DNA of 64,000 nt, from NCBI GenBank assembly GCA_913775595.1, contig CAJYLB010000001.1:62001-126000 (forward strand). Direction: 5' to 3'. The DNA is from an uncultured Aquiluna sp. (GTDB taxonomy: Bacteria; Actinomycetota; Actinomycetes; Actinomycetales; Microbacteriaceae). Shown here one piece after another: positions 10,471 to 22,462 of this stretch (position 1 is the stretch's first letter; the number at the start of each line of letters is the position of its first letter). The translations under genes and the position numbers were made by a program. Below the pieces are notes generated by a model that ran no database searches, was not told where the DNA came from, and saw only the letters and a list, made by a program, of their open reading frames with translations.

Positions 10471-12020
10471 AGCCGGTATTAGTAGTTGATTTTGGCGCTC
10501 AATACGCGCAGCTGATTGCGCGCAGGGTGCGAGAAGCGAACGTCTACTCTGAGATTGTTCCGCACAGCATCAGCGCTGCCGAGGTGAAAGAAAAAGACCC
10601 AGCGGCAATCATTCTCTCCGGTGGACCCTCGAGTGTTTACGAGAGCAATTCACCGAAACTAGACGGGGAAATTCTCGAGCTCGGAGTACCAGTTTTAGGT
10701 ATCTGCTATGGGTTTCAGGTGCTGGCTCAGACCCTTGGGGGCAGGGTGGATAAGACAGGCAAGCGTGAATACGGCGCAACGGATCTGAAGCTCAAAAGCG
10801 GAGGAACGCTGCTAGCTTCCCAGCCTGAGCTTCAGGTTTGCTGGATGAGCCATGGTGACCAGGTGATGGAAGCTCCAGACGGCTTCGAGGTGCTGGCGTC
10901 GACCGCGACGACTCCCGTTGCGGCCTTTGAAAATGTTGAGAAAAAGATTTTTGGTGTTCAGTGGCACCCCGAGGTAAAGCACTCTGAGCAGGGCCAGCAG
11001 GTCTTGAAGAACTTCCTCTACGACGGAGCAGGGATAAAGCCAAGCTGGAACTCGGGCAATGTAATCGCGGAGCAGGTCGAAAAGATCCGCGATCAGGTTG
11101 GAAGCGCAAGGGTCATCTGCGGTCTATCAGGCGGTGTTGATTCGGCAGTGGCAGCCGCCTTGGTTCACAAGGCAGTTGGGGACCAGCTGACCGCGGTCTT
11201 TGTTGATCACGGCCTGTTGCGGAAGGGCGAGGCCGAGCAGGTCGAGCGTGACTATGTTGCCGCAACCGGAATCAAGCTCGTCGTGGTCAACGCTGAAGAG
11301 AAGTTCCTCACTGCCCTAAGCGGGGTAAGCGACCCGGAGGAAAAGCGCAAGATTATTGGTCGTGAGTTCATCAGGACCTTCGAGGATGCAGAGCGAAAGC
11401 TGGTGGCAGAGGCAATTGACGATAACCAGCCAATCAAGTTTTTGGTGCAGGGGACGCTATACCCGGACGTAGTTGAGTCAGGCGGGGGAGTCACTGCTGG
11501 CATCAAGTCTCACCACAATGTTGGTGGGCTACCGGATGACCTAGATTTTGAGCTCGTGGAGCCACTCAGAACTCTCTTCAAAGATGAGGTTCGGGCCATT
11601 GGTGCCGAGCTTGGGCTTCCCGCAGAAATCGTCCAACGTCACCCCTTCCCAGGTCCTGGCCTTGGAATCAGGATTGTGGGTGAGGTAACCAAGGAGCGCC
11701 TGGATCTGCTGCGCGATGCCGACGCAATTGTGCGCGAAGAACTAACTGCCGCTGGCACCGACGGAGATATCTGGCAGTGTCCGGTGGTGCTACTTGCTGA
11801 TGTGAGATCGGTTGGAGTACAGGGGGACGGCAGAAGCTATGGCCACCCGATTGTGCTGCGGCCGGTTTCGTCCGAGGACGCCATGACGGCTGATTGGTCA
11901 AGGCTCCCGTACGAGTTGCTTGCGAAGATTTCAAATCGGATTACCAACGAGGTTGAGGGTGTGAATCGGGTAGTTCTCGATATCACCTCGAAGCCTCCCG
12001 GCACAATTGAGTGGGAATAG
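10467..12020 (+). CDS. guaA: GMP synthase (glutamine-hydrolysing)
   Basis: [50 protein letters not shown]. Confidence 0.98.
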   Translation: MKPVLVVDFGAQYAQLIARRVREANVYSEIVPHSISAAEVKEKDPAAIILSGGPSSVYESNSPKLDGEILELGVPVLGICYGFQVLAQTLGGRVDKTGKREYGATDLKLKSGGTLLASQPELQVCWMSHGDQVMEAPDGFEVLASTATTPVAAFENVEKKIFGVQWHPEVKHSEQGQQVLKNFLYDGAGIKPSWNSGNVIAEQVEKIRDQVGSARVICGLSGGVDSAVAAALVHKAVGDQLTAVFVDHGLLRKGEAEQVERDYVAATGIKLVVVNAEEKFLTALSGVSDPEEKRKIIGREFIRTFEDAERKLVAEAIDDNQPIKFLVQGTLYPDVVESGGGVTAGIKSHHNVGGLPDDLDFELVEPLRTLFKDEVRAIGAELGLPAEIVQRHPFPGPGLGIRIVGEVTKERLDLLRDADAIVREELTAAGTDGDIWQCPVVLLADVRSVGVQGDGRSYGHPIVLRPVSSEDAMTADWSRLPYELLAKISNRITNEVEGVNRVVLDITSKPPGTIEWE

Positions 12021-12856
12021 CGGTGCAGGTTTTTGGCCACCGCGGTGCTTGCGGCTATCTGCCAGAGAACACCATGGAGTCCTTCGAGCACGCTTTTGAG
12101 TTAGGTGCCGAGGCAATCGAATTCGATGTGGTAATGACCCGCGACGGTGTCCCGGTTATTCGCCACGACCGCGACCTCACTCACACCACCGACATCCTCA
12201 AGCACAGCTTCCTTTCAAACATGGTTGATGACCTCAAAGCAGAGGATATTGCCCAGCTCAGAGCAGTTGAGAGGTATCCAGAGGGTCGCCCTGACTCCGC
12301 CGCTCACGATGGCAAATATCACGTGCCGACGCTCAGCGAGGTTGTGAATCACCCTGGCTTTGATGGCAGGCACCTAATCATCGAGCTGAAGTACGGAAAG
12401 CACTTTTTTGATGCGGGGCTGGATTCAGTGGCTGCGCTGAAAGCCGTGTTGGACGGAGCAAATCTTGTCGAGCGAGGTGTAAAGGTAACCATTGAGTGCT
12501 TTGAATTCGGTGTCCTGCGCCGAGCGAAGAAAGTGATTGGCGATAGGGCTCAGTATGTCTTTCTCTCTGCTCCGGACATGCTCCCCGAGGGCTTCAGCGA
12601 GCTTGAGGACGAACTTCTTGATGAGATCGCAGATAACTTCGAAGGTCTTTCGGTCGCGATACCCATGGTGCTGCAAGGTGACTTAGTTTCCCGAGCGAAG
12701 GGCAGGGGACTTTACGTCTTCACCTACACCGCAAGAGTCGAAACCGCAGAGGGAGAGTGGCGTTCGTGGTTCGAGAGGCTAGTTGCAACTGGAGTTGACG
12801 GCATCTTTAGTGACCAGCCCGACCTGCTGGCTGAAGTTGTAGCTGCCCTGCCTTAG
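12011..12856 (+). CDS. Glycerophosphodiester phosphodiesterase
   Basis: [40 protein letters not shown]. True start may be GTG 12023. Confidence 0.9.
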   Translation: MGIAVQVFGHRGACGYLPENTMESFEHAFELGAEAIEFDVVMTRDGVPVIRHDRDLTHTTDILKHSFLSNMVDDLKAEDIAQLRAVERYPEGRPDSAAHDGKYHVPTLSEVVNHPGFDGRHLIIELKYGKHFFDAGLDSVAALKAVLDGANLVERGVKVTIECFEFGVLRRAKKVIGDRAQYVFLSAPDMLPEGFSELEDELLDEIADNFEGLSVAIPMVLQGDLVSRAKGRGLYVFTYTARVETAEGEWRSWFERLVATGVDGIFSDQPDLLAEVVAALP

Positions 12857-12866
12857 GCTACGCAAG

Positions 12867-15110
12867 ATGTCCAGCGTCGCCGAAATAGATCCACTGCTCG
12901 AGGGCCTAAACCCAGAGCAGCGCAAGGCAGTGCTGTTTAGAGGCAGTGCCCTCCTTATTGTCGCTGGAGCAGGGTCAGGCAAGACAAGAGTGCTGACCCA
13001 TCGCATCGCCCACTTTCTAGCGAGCAGGGAGCTCTGGCCCTCTCAAATCCTGGCAATTACCTTCACAAACAAGGCCGCGGCAGAGATGCGCGAGCGGGTG
13101 GAGTCTCTAATTGGCCAATCGAGTGAGGGGATGTGGATCAGGACATTCCACTCCGCCTGCCTTCAAATTCTCAGACGCGAGGCGGAGCGGCTTGGACACG
13201 ATTCCAACTTCACGGTCTATGACTCAGGTGATACGAGGGCTCTGCTTAAGCGCCTCCTGCGTGAGGCGGGTGCTGAGGATGCTGATATCAAACCCCAGCA
13301 GGCCGCGGCCATGATCTCCAACGCAAAGAACGAACTCAAGGATGCCGATGACTTCGCTCGCAGTGCCGACAGATCGAATCCGAGGCAGCGCATAGTTGCC
13401 GAGGTTTACCAGGCCTACACCCAGGAGCTGAGGCGCAACAATGCTTTCGACTTTGACGATCTGATCGCAGAGACCGTCAACCTTTTGAGAGCCTTTCCCG
13501 AGGTTCGCGCCAGGTATCAAAAGAAGTTTCGGCATGTTCTGGTGGATGAGTATCAAGATACAAATCATGCGCAGTATGCGCTGATCAGGGAGTTCACCAG
13601 GCCACTTCCACCTGACCATCAATTAGTAAGCGAGGAGACCGGAGAGGTGATGCCTCCGGCCGACCTAACCGTTGTCGGCGATAGCGACCAGTCAATCTAC
13701 GCTTTCCGGGGTGCTGACATCCGGAACATCACAGAGTTTGAACGAGACTTCCCAGGAGCTGAAACAATCCTGCTCGAGCAGAACTATCGCTCAACCCAAA
13801 ACATCCTTTCCGCGGCAAACGCCGTAATCTCCCAGAACCCCTACAGGCCGCCCAAAAATCTCTGGACAGACAGTGGTGCCGGCGAGAAGGTCACCCTTTT
13901 CACAGGCTACGACGAGAGAAATGAAGCAGCATTCGTTGTCGACCAGATCAAAGAGCTGCACGAAAGCGGAACCAATTACCGCGACATGGCAGTCCTCTAC
14001 AGGGTCAACGCCCTAACCCTTTCTCTAGAAAATCAGCTCAAGGTTCAGAGGATTCCCTACGTAGTCATAGGTGGCCTGAAGTTCTTTGAGCGTAAAGAGA
14101 TCAAGGATGCCCTCGCCTATTTGGCTGCCATCTCAAATGCCAGAGACGATGAGGCAATAAGGCGAATAATCAACGTTCCGGCAAGGGGTATCGGAGACAA
14201 AACCGAAGCGAAAATCTCACAGTTAGCTCGCTCAAACGAGATTTCAATTCGCCAGGCCCTCCTGCGCGCCGGTGAGCTTGGACTTGGGCCGAAGCTCACA
14301 GGAGCAATCGATGAGTTTGGTCGTCTGCTAAACGAGCTCGACGCAATGAGTGCGAGTGACGGACCGGCAGATGTGTTGAAGCAGGCCCTGATAAAGAGCG
14401 GTTATCGAGCTGAGCTGGAAATTAGCCGCGATCCTCAAGACGAGGCGAGGCTCGAAAACCTCGATGCCCTCCTGGGCCAGCTCTATGAGTGGCAGGCAAA
14501 GTTTCCAGAGGGAACACTGAGTGATTATTTGGCCGAGGTGACACTTGCGGCCGCAGCCGATGAGATCGTCGACGATTCCGGAAACCTATCGCTTATGACG
14601 CTCCACACCGCAAAGGGGTTGGAGTTTGATCAGGTATTCATGATCGGTTTAGAACAGGGAACACTCCCGCATGTCCGCGCCTTTGATGAGCCAGGTGGTT
14701 TGCAGGAGGAGCGCAGGCTGATGTACGTGGGAATGACGCGAGCAAGGCAGCGCCTCACCCTCTCTCACGCCCTGCAGCGAACGCTCTTTGGTTCAACCGC
14801 CTCTATGGCTCCCTCTAGCTTCCTGTCCGATATTCCTCCGGAGCTACTGGAAAACGTGGGCACCGAGCGGTCGATTGCTGCGACAGCACCAAGACCTAGC
14901 AAGTGGGAGGGGGCAATCACTGCCAGCTCGATACGAGACAACAAGGACCTCGAGCTTGCCCTTAGCGACCGAATACATCATGAGAGCTTCGGTGAAGGAA
15001 CCGTTGTGGGCGTGAGCGGCGTTCCCCCAAAGCAGACCGCAGAGGTTTCCTTCGATAGCGGAGTCACAAAGCGCCTACTGGTGAAAATGGCACCAATAAC
15101 CAAGCTTTAG
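12867..15110 (+). CDS. pcrA: ATP-dependent DNA helicase PcrA/UvrD
   Basis: AGAGSGKT, TFTNKAA, LVDEYQDTN, VGDSDQSIYAFRGA, LEQNYRS, TLHTAKGLEF, EERRLMYVGMTRA, C-terminal Tudor-like HESFGEG. Confidence 0.96.
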   Translation: MSSVAEIDPLLEGLNPEQRKAVLFRGSALLIVAGAGSGKTRVLTHRIAHFLASRELWPSQILAITFTNKAAAEMRERVESLIGQSSEGMWIRTFHSACLQILRREAERLGHDSNFTVYDSGDTRALLKRLLREAGAEDADIKPQQAAAMISNAKNELKDADDFARSADRSNPRQRIVAEVYQAYTQELRRNNAFDFDDLIAETVNLLRAFPEVRARYQKKFRHVLVDEYQDTNHAQYALIREFTRPLPPDHQLVSEETGEVMPPADLTVVGDSDQSIYAFRGADIRNITEFERDFPGAETILLEQNYRSTQNILSAANAVISQNPYRPPKNLWTDSGAGEKVTLFTGYDERNEAAFVVDQIKELHESGTNYRDMAVLYRVNALTLSLENQLKVQRIPYVVIGGLKFFERKEIKDALAYLAAISNARDDEAIRRIINVPARGIGDKTEAKISQLARSNEISIRQALLRAGELGLGPKLTGAIDEFGRLLNELDAMSASDGPADVLKQALIKSGYRAELEISRDPQDEARLENLDALLGQLYEWQAKFPEGTLSDYLAEVTLAAAADEIVDDSGNLSLMTLHTAKGLEFDQVFMIGLEQGTLPHVRAFDEPGGLQEERRLMYVGMTRARQRLTLSHALQRTLFGSTASMAPSSFLSDIPPELLENVGTERSIAATAPRPSKWEGAITASSIRDNKDLELALSDRIHHESFGEGTVVGVSGVPPKQTAEVSFDSGVTKRLLVKMAPITKL

Positions 15111-15179
15111 GGGAGTCTGGCCAATAGCCGTTCGCTAGACTTAGCGGGTTGTCCGCTCTCACAGGAAACGAATTTCACC

Positions 15180-16337
15180 GTGGATTTATTTGAATATCAA
15201 GCACGCGACCTATTTGAGGCCTACGGGGTCCCCGTTCTCGCCGGTCGCATCGCAGACACCCCAGAAGAGGCTGAGAAGGCCGCTGCCGAAATTGGCGGAA
15301 CAGTTGTAATCAAAGCCCAGGTCAAGACTGGGGGTAGAGGTAAGGCTGGTGGCGTAAAGCTTGCTCACAACCCTCAGGAGGCAAAGGAGCGAGCCGAAGA
15401 GATTCTTGGACTCGACATCAAGGGCCACATCGTTAAGCGCGTGATGATTGCGCAGGGTGCTCAAATTGACCAGGAGTTTTACTTTTCTGTATTACTCGAT
15501 CGCTCCAATCGCACATTCCTCTCACTTTGCAGCGTTGAGGGTGGAGTGGAGATCGAGCAGCTTGCGGTAGAGCGCCCTGATGCACTTGCAAAGGTGCCAA
15601 TTTCTGCGGTCTCAGGCATCGACAAGGCGAAAGCCTTGGAGATTGCGGCGCAGGCAAACTTCCCGGCCGAGCTCCAGGACAAAGTTGCTGATGTTTTTGT
15701 AAAGCTCTATGAGGTATTTACCAATGAAGACGCAACCCTGGTTGAGGTAAACCCTCTAGTTCTTACCAAAGATGGGGAGATCATCGCACTCGATGGCAAG
15801 GTCTCACTCGATGACAACGCAGAGTTCCGACATGAGCGTGAGGAGATGGAGCGTGACCAGCTTGATCCTCTAGAGGCCAAGGCGCATGCCCTCGACCTCA
15901 ACTATGTGAAGCTTGATGGTGAAGTTGGCATCATCGGTAACGGGGCGGGGCTTGTTATGTCAACGCTCGATGTTGTTGCCTACGCCGGTGAGCGTCATGG
16001 CAAGGTAAAGCCGGCAAACTTCCTTGACATTGGTGGCGGCGCCTCTGCAGAGGTAATGGCCGCGGGTCTTGATGTCATTTTGAACGACCCGCAGGTCAAG
16101 AGCGTGTTTGTGAACGTCTTTGGCGGCATCACTGCATGTGATGCGGTTGCCAACGGCATTGTTGGGGCACTCAACACTCTCGGTGACAAAGCCTCAAAGC
16201 CTCTGGTTGTGAGGCTGGATGGAAACAATGTTGACCAGGGAAGAGCGATTTTGGCCGAATACGCCCACCCACTCGTCACGCTCGCCGAGACCATGGATGG
16301 CGGCGCCGACGAAGCAGCGAAGCTGGCGAACAGGTAA
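15180..16337 (+). CDS. sucC: Succinyl-CoA ligase beta subunit
   Basis: [52 protein letters not shown]. Confidence 0.98.
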   Translation: MDLFEYQARDLFEAYGVPVLAGRIADTPEEAEKAAAEIGGTVVIKAQVKTGGRGKAGGVKLAHNPQEAKERAEEILGLDIKGHIVKRVMIAQGAQIDQEFYFSVLLDRSNRTFLSLCSVEGGVEIEQLAVERPDALAKVPISAVSGIDKAKALEIAAQANFPAELQDKVADVFVKLYEVFTNEDATLVEVNPLVLTKDGEIIALDGKVSLDDNAEFRHEREEMERDQLDPLEAKAHALDLNYVKLDGEVGIIGNGAGLVMSTLDVVAYAGERHGKVKPANFLDIGGGASAEVMAAGLDVILNDPQVKSVFVNVFGGITACDAVANGIVGALNTLGDKASKPLVVRLDGNNVDQGRAILAEYAHPLVTLAETMDGGADEAAKLANR

Positions 16338-16347
16338 GGGACAGACA

Positions 16348-17235
16348 ATGGCAATTTATCTAGACTCCAACTCCAAAATCATCGTCCAGGGCATGACCGG
16401 TGCTGAGGGAATGAAGCACACCCAGCGCATGCTCGCCGGAGGCAGCAACATCGTCGGTGGCGTCAACCCACGTAAGGCTGGCGAATCAGTTGATGTCGAA
16501 GGCAAGTCCCTGCCCGTATTTGGCTCGGTTAGTGAAGCTATGGAAAAGACCGGCGCTAACGTGTCGGTCATCTTTGTTCCGCCTGCTTTCGCAAAGGCGG
16601 CAATCATCGAGGCTATCGATGCTGAGATTCCACTTGCCGTCGCCATCACCGAGGGCATTCCTGTGCACGACTCTGCGGCCGCATGGGCTTACAACGTAGA
16701 AAAAGGCAAGAAGACCAGACTCATCGGTCCAAACTGCCCCGGCATCATTTCACCTGAGCAGTCAAATGCGGGAATCACCCCATCAAACATCACGGGTAAG
16801 GGTCCAATCGGACTGGTCTCAAAGAGCGGAACGCTGACCTACCAAATGATGTTTGAGCTTCGCGACATCGGCTTTTCAACGGCAATCGGGATCGGCGGCG
16901 ACCCAGTTATCGGCACCACGCACATCGATGCCCTTGAGGCGTTTGAGCAGGATCCGGAGACAAAGGCGATCGTTCTCATTGGGGAGATCGGCGGCGACTC
17001 CGAGGAGAAGGCTGCTGAGTACATCTCAAAGAACGTGACCAAGCCTGTCGTCGCCTACGTTGCAGGCTTCACCGCCCCAGAGGGTAAGACCATGGGCCAC
17101 GCTGGAGCAATTGTTTCTGGTTCTGCTGGAACCGCGCAGGCCAAAAAAGAGGCTTTCGAGGCAGTCGGCGTGAAGGTTGGTAAGACCCCGTCTGAGACCG
17201 CCGAACTAATGCGGGAAATCGTAAGCAAGCTGTAG
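16348..17235 (+). CDS. sucD: Succinyl-CoA ligase alpha subunit
   Basis: [33 protein letters not shown] phospho-His. Start ATG 16348. Confidence 0.97.
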   Translation: MAIYLDSNSKIIVQGMTGAEGMKHTQRMLAGGSNIVGGVNPRKAGESVDVEGKSLPVFGSVSEAMEKTGANVSVIFVPPAFAKAAIIEAIDAEIPLAVAITEGIPVHDSAAAWAYNVEKGKKTRLIGPNCPGIISPEQSNAGITPSNITGKGPIGLVSKSGTLTYQMMFELRDIGFSTAIGIGGDPVIGTTHIDALEAFEQDPETKAIVLIGEIGGDSEEKAAEYISKNVTKPVVAYVAGFTAPEGKTMGHAGAIVSGSAGTAQAKKEAFEAVGVKVGKTPSETAELMREIVSKL

Positions 17236-17239
17236 TTCG

Positions 17240-18487
17240 GTGAACCGGGGGCTTAGCTTTGCGATTGCGGCGCTGCAAGCGCTCATCATCATCGCCTCGG
17301 TCGTTGGACTAGTAGTTGCCCCGCTCACTCTTGCCTGGTTTATCGAGGGTGACGGTTCGGTCGACTGGATAGTGGCTCTGCAAGTTGCGGGCTACGCCTT
17401 TTTGCTTGCCTGTGGCGTACCACTGCACTTTTCTGCAGGTGAGCTTGTCGGGATTACATTTCCCGCGTTTACTCTCAGCGTGTTACCGCTCGGGCTCACT
17501 CTGCTCATGGCTCTGATGGCAATTCGCATCGGCTATCGGCTGAGCGCCGCCTCTTCGCTGTGGCCTGCATGGCTGGGTGGCGCTGCGGCGTTTGGCGGCA
17601 TTTCTTACGGGCTAAGCCTGCTGATCCAAAATGAAGCCGTGGTGATGGGGGAGTGGGGACCGCTGTTTATCCCAGCTACCTTCTTTGGGGGACTGCTCTT
17701 TATCTCGTCCATCTCTGGAAAAAGGTTTGAGCTGTTCGAAGGTGCCAACGGCCCTGAAGCTAAAGAGCGAGTGTTTCTTCGATCTTTGGCAAAATCTGCC
17801 TTTGAGAAGCTGCATTGGTCAATCAAGACCGTCCTTCCTCCAGCCGTGAGAATTGGAGTGTCGGTGATTGCGACACTGGTTCTGGCGAGCTCACTGATGA
17901 TTGCCATCGCCCTCGGCTTCGGCTGGATTGAAGTTTTGCGCCTTTATCAGGGACTTGGGCTGAGTCTTTTTGGCGGTCTGATGCTGACCATTGGCCAGCT
18001 CGCGATTCTGCCCAACCTCATAGCCTTTGGCTCTAGTTGGATAGCGGGTGTCGGTTTCGCGATTGGAGAGGGTAGCTACGTATCTCCATTGGCGACCCAG
18101 CTGGGACCGCTTCCAGCGCTACCAGTTTTTGCAGCCATCCCAACCGGAGGTTTTGACAGGGGCATCCTGTTCGCCCTGGTGCCAGTTGTTGCTGCGTTCT
18201 TTGCAACCGTGCTCTCTAGAAAGTTCTCCGACAGCCTGAGGTGGGAGTATGCGACCCGGTTTGCCGCCTCCAGCGCTTTGGCTCTTGTGGCCGCAACCGT
18301 GGCTGGGATTCTTGCCTGGCTTCTTGCACTGGTCGCTAGCGGAAGCTTCGGACCCGGCAGATTTGACTGGGTCGGGGTAGATTCGCTGGTATTCGCGGGA
18401 GTCATATTTCTTCAGGTCCTGGTTCCGACCTTTCTTGCCTCGCTCGTTGTCGTCAGTCCCTACACCAGTGCAGAAGAGCGAAAGTAG
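17240..18487 (+). CDS. Multi-pass membrane protein, DUF6350/PerM-like
   Basis: About 10 hydrophobic segments, LPNL...W..G.GF..G.G, GPLPALP, SGSFGPGR; conserved position between sucD and purN. Confidence 0.75.
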   Translation: MNRGLSFAIAALQALIIIASVVGLVVAPLTLAWFIEGDGSVDWIVALQVAGYAFLLACGVPLHFSAGELVGITFPAFTLSVLPLGLTLLMALMAIRIGYRLSAASSLWPAWLGGAAAFGGISYGLSLLIQNEAVVMGEWGPLFIPATFFGGLLFISSISGKRFELFEGANGPEAKERVFLRSLAKSAFEKLHWSIKTVLPPAVRIGVSVIATLVLASSLMIAIALGFGWIEVLRLYQGLGLSLFGGLMLTIGQLAILPNLIAFGSSWIAGVGFAIGEGSYVSPLATQLGPLPALPVFAAIPTGGFDRGILFALVPVVAAFFATVLSRKFSDSLRWEYATRFAASSALALVAATVAGILAWLLALVASGSFGPGRFDWVGVDSLVFAGVIFLQVLVPTFLASLVVVSPYTSAEERK

Positions 18488-18496
18488 ACTTTGCCC

Positions 18497-19087
18497 GTGC
18501 TCTCCATAGTTGTCCTCATTTCCGGAACCGGCTCCAATCTCAAGGCCCTACTGGAGGCGTGTGATAACCCGCTATATCCGGCAAGAGTGCTGGCGGTTGG
18601 CGCTGATAGACCTGCCGCTGGTTTGGAGCACGCCGAGCTATATGAGAAGACGACTTTCGTCGTTGAACCCGGGTCCTTTGCATCTAAGGAGGCATGGTCC
18701 GATGTTCTTGCCAGCAGCATCGATATTCACCAGCCAGACCTCATTGTTTTAGCTGGCTTTATGAGGGTTTTGCCCAAGAGCTTTGTTGATCGCTACGCCC
18801 CCCGAATCATTAACCTGCACCCCTCACTCTTGCCGCATTTCCCGGGAGCGCATGCCGTTCGTGACGCTCTGGCCGCAGGATCAACAGAGACCGGCAGCAC
18901 CATACATATCGTTGACGCAGGAGTTGACTCAGGACCTGTCATCGCCCAGCAGAGCATTGCGATACCCCAGGGCGTTACCGAAGAACAATTGCACGAGCAA
19001 ATAAAAAGTATTGAGCAGCAACAGCTTGTTAGGACCATCGAGGCAATTGCCACTGGAGAGATAAAGCTTGAGGAGATAGCTAAATGA
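18497..19087 (+). CDS. purN: Phosphoribosylglycinamide formyltransferase
   Basis: [35 protein letters not shown]. Leaderless GTG 18497 preferred over TTG 18491. Confidence 0.97.
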   Translation: MLSIVVLISGTGSNLKALLEACDNPLYPARVLAVGADRPAAGLEHAELYEKTTFVVEPGSFASKEAWSDVLASSIDIHQPDLIVLAGFMRVLPKSFVDRYAPRIINLHPSLLPHFPGAHAVRDALAAGSTETGSTIHIVDAGVDSGPVIAQQSIAIPQGVTEEQLHEQIKSIEQQQLVRTIEAIATGEIKLEEIAK

Positions 19088-20625
19088 GAGACAAGGTAGC
19101 CATCAAGCGAGCACTGATTTCAGTCTCAGACAAGACTGGACTAATTGAGCTCGCGACCGCGCTGAGCAAGGCAGGTGTGGCAATCGTCTCCACCGGCTCA
19201 ACTGCAAAGCAGATCGCGGCAGCTGGGATCAGTGTCACCGAGGTCAGTGAGGTCACAGGCTTCCCCGAGTCTCTGGATGGCAGAGTTAAGACTCTTCACC
19301 CATCAATTCATGGAGGGCTGCTCGCCGACTTGCGTCTTGAGTCTCACGCAAATCAGCTTGACACTCTGGGCATTGAGCCGTTTGAGCTGGTCGTGGTAAA
19401 CCTCTACCCGTTCGTAGAAACCGTGGCAAAAGGTTCTGGTTATGACGAAAGCGTTGAGCAGATAGATATTGGCGGTCCTGCGATGGTGCGGGCCAGCGCG
19501 AAGAATCACGCAAACGTCGCCATTGTCGTCAGTCCAGCTAGGTATTCAGAGGTAATCGCTGCGGTAGAAGCAGGCGGTACCTCTCTAGAAATGAGAAAAG
19601 ACCTGGCCCTCGAGGCTTTCAGCCACACCGCCAGCTATGACGCTGCTGTCTCCTCATGGTTAGCTAGCCAGCTTGGATCGGAGCGCCTTGCAATGAGCTT
19701 CACCAAGAAGGGTGATTTGCGCTACGGAGAGAACTCCCACCAGTCAGCGGCGCTCTTTGTAAATGGAAGCTCAGGCGTTGCAAGTGCCAAACTGCTGGGC
19801 GGCAAAGAGATGTCCTACAACAACTTTGTAGACATTGACGCTGCCGTCAGGGCAGCCTATGACTTTGACGAGCCAGCCGTGGCAATCATCAAGCACGCCA
19901 ATCCCTGCGGAGTTGCAATCAGTGAGCAGGGGGCTAAAGATCCCATTGCCTCTGCCTACAAGCGCGCACACCTGACAGACCCGGTCTCGGCGTTTGGCGG
20001 GGTTGTCGCAGCAAACCGAACCGTGACTGCAGAGTTTGCCACAGCACTCTCGGAGGTTTTCACCGAGGTGATAGCGGCACCGGGATTTGAAGGCGAGGCT
20101 CTGGAAGTCCTGAAGAAAAAGAAGAATCTGCGAATTCTTGAACTCGACGCCGACTACCAGCTCCCAGAAAAGGAAGTCAGACAGATATCCGGTGGAGTCC
20201 TGGTTCAAGACCCTGACAGCTTTGAAGCCATGGACAGTTCGAAGTGGACTTTGGTTGCGGGGGATCCGGCTTCTGAGTCTTTGATGGCAGACCTCGAATT
20301 TGCCTGGCGGGCCGTTCGTGCGGTGAAGTCGAATGCGATTTTGCTTGCAAAAGATGGTGCAGCTGTAGGAATTGGAATGGGCCAGGTTAACAGGCTCGAC
20401 TCGTGCCACCTTGCAATCAGTAGGGCCGGAGATCGAGCTGCCGGGTCAATAGCGGCCTCAGATGCGTTCTTCCCATTCGCGGACGGGTTGGAAGTGTTGA
20501 TTTCCGGTGGTATCAAGGCAGTTGTTCAACCCGGCGGCAGTGTCAGAGATGAGGAAGTCATCGAGGCTGCCAAAAAAGCCGGCATCACTATGTACTTCAC
20601 CGGCGAGCGACACTTTTACCACTAG
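19084..20625 (+). CDS. purH: Bifunctional AICAR transformylase/IMP cyclohydrolase
   Basis: [57 protein letters not shown]. Confidence 0.98.
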   Translation: MRDKVAIKRALISVSDKTGLIELATALSKAGVAIVSTGSTAKQIAAAGISVTEVSEVTGFPESLDGRVKTLHPSIHGGLLADLRLESHANQLDTLGIEPFELVVVNLYPFVETVAKGSGYDESVEQIDIGGPAMVRASAKNHANVAIVVSPARYSEVIAAVEAGGTSLEMRKDLALEAFSHTASYDAAVSSWLASQLGSERLAMSFTKKGDLRYGENSHQSAALFVNGSSGVASAKLLGGKEMSYNNFVDIDAAVRAAYDFDEPAVAIIKHANPCGVAISEQGAKDPIASAYKRAHLTDPVSAFGGVVAANRTVTAEFATALSEVFTEVIAAPGFEGEALEVLKKKKNLRILELDADYQLPEKEVRQISGGVLVQDPDSFEAMDSSKWTLVAGDPASESLMADLEFAWRAVRAVKSNAILLAKDGAAVGIGMGQVNRLDSCHLAISRAGDRAAGSIAASDAFFPFADGLEVLISGGIKAVVQPGGSVRDEEVIEAAKKAGITMYFTGERHFYH

Positions 20626-20686
20626 GAATCTCGTGGGCAAACTCTCTGTTAGCCTGTAAGGCTGCCTGGGGCGGCGAGAGAGATAA

Positions 20687-22462
20687 ATGCCTAATTCCGA
20701 AACTGGGACCATCAGGGTTCTGCTGCGTCTTGTGCCGTATGCGAAAAAGGCCATACCCAGGCTGATTCTTGGAATCTTTGCGGGAATTGCAGCCCACATG
20801 TTCGCGCTCGCGATTCCTCAGTTGCTCCAAGACCTGGTGAACTCACTCGTGGCCGGTGGTCTGGACGCCCTGTTACCTGCGGTTGGCCTGATCCTGTTTC
20901 TAGGGGTGCTGGAGGCGCTGTTTGTTCTTCTCAGGCGTTGGCTCGTATTGACCCCCGGAACCTACGTCGAAGCCGACATGAGAAACAGGCTGTATGAAAA
21001 GTTGCAGGATTTGCCGGTTGCATTTCATGATCGCTGGCCCTCGGGTCAGCTCCTTTCAAGGGCGGTCTCCGACCTGCACCTAATCAGGCGCTGGATGAGC
21101 TTTGGTCTTGTCCTGTTTACGGCGAACCTAATTACGATCATCGTTGGCCTGACAATTCTGTTCACGTTCAACTTCTGGCTGGGCTTGATCTTCTTCGTTG
21201 CAACGGTTCCGATTTGGATCGCTGGCTTTATGTTTGAAGGTAAATACAAGGTGATCGCTCGTCTTTCTCAAGACCAGTCCGGAGACTTGGCGACCAGGGT
21301 TGAAGAGGCTGTTCACGGCGTTAGAGTGCTCAAGTCTTTCGGGCGGGGTGCCTTCGCTGCCGTTAAGTTCTCAGATCAAGCCTCGGACCTACGGTCAACT
21401 GAAATACGCAAGGCTCGTGCTGTTGCAAACATCTGGCTCTACCTGATCTTGATTCCTGAGCTGGCCGTGGGGCTCTCGATGCTGGCTGGAGTCTGGCTGG
21501 TAGCGCAGGGAGATGTCACTGTGGGAACGCTGGTTGCTTTTTTTGCAACCGCAATGGTCTTGCGTTGGCCAACCGAGTCACTGGGCTTCTTGCTTTCGTT
21601 CACCCTTGAGGCCAAGACCGCAACAGAGCGCTTCTTCGAGGTCATGGATGAGGAAAACCCAATTGTCGACCCCGAGCAGCCAAAGACGGTGGCGGAACCT
21701 AAGGGTCTTCTTGAGTTTCACGATGTTCACTTCCGCTATCCGGATGCACCCGAGGATTCAAAACCATTGCTTGATGGAGTTAGCCTGCGAATTGAACCAG
21801 GTCAGTCGGTCGCCCTTATCGGACTGACGGGATGCGGTAAAACCACACTCACCGCTCTTAGCACCCGCCTCTACGAAGTCACTGGAGGCTCCATCACCAT
21901 TGACGGCCTAGACATCCGAGACATGTCGCGGGGCGAACTAAGAAGTCACATCGCAATGGCCTTCGAAGACGCAACCCTCTTTTCGTCCTCAGTTCGTGAG
22001 AACGTTCTCCTTGGAAATCCAGGTGCGAGTGAGGAGGACCTGAAGCAAGCACTGGAGATTGCCCAGGCCCAATTTGTCTATGAGCTTCCAGAGGGACTGG
22101 ACACCACCATTGGTGAAGAGGGGCTATCGCTCTCGGGAGGTCAACGTCAACGGCTCGCACTTGCCAGAGCTGTTGCTGCAAACCCAAGGATCTTGGTTTT
22201 GGATGATCCGCTCTCCGCTCTGGATGTTGACACCGAGGCCATGGTTGAGGATGCGCTCAGGCACGTACTCAAAGAGACCACCGCGCTCATCGTCGCGCAC
22301 CGACCCTCAACCGTCATGCTGGCCGACAAGGTTGCCCTTTTGGAGAACGGGAAAATCACCGCATTTGGCACCCATCAGGAGCTCATCAAGAACAGCGAGC
22401 ACTATCGATTCGTAATTACCTCCCTCGATGAGGAGCAGAAGGAGCGGGAGGTGAACATTTGA
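20687..22462 (+). CDS. ABC exporter (TMD+NBD), first subunit of a heterodimer
   Basis: 6-TM domain, Walker [14 protein letters not shown], degenerate Walker B VLDD. Confidence 0.92.
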   Translation: MPNSETGTIRVLLRLVPYAKKAIPRLILGIFAGIAAHMFALAIPQLLQDLVNSLVAGGLDALLPAVGLILFLGVLEALFVLLRRWLVLTPGTYVEADMRNRLYEKLQDLPVAFHDRWPSGQLLSRAVSDLHLIRRWMSFGLVLFTANLITIIVGLTILFTFNFWLGLIFFVATVPIWIAGFMFEGKYKVIARLSQDQSGDLATRVEEAVHGVRVLKSFGRGAFAAVKFSDQASDLRSTEIRKARAVANIWLYLILIPELAVGLSMLAGVWLVAQGDVTVGTLVAFFATAMVLRWPTESLGFLLSFTLEAKTATERFFEVMDEENPIVDPEQPKTVAEPKGLLEFHDVHFRYPDAPEDSKPLLDGVSLRIEPGQSVALIGLTGCGKTTLTALSTRLYEVTGGSITIDGLDIRDMSRGELRSHIAMAFEDATLFSSSVRENVLLGNPGASEEDLKQALEIAQAQFVYELPEGLDTTIGEEGLSLSGGQRQRLALARAVAANPRILVLDDPLSALDVDTEAMVEDALRHVLKETTALIVAHRPSTVMLADKVALLENGKITAFGTHQELIKNSEHYRFVITSLDEEQKEREVNI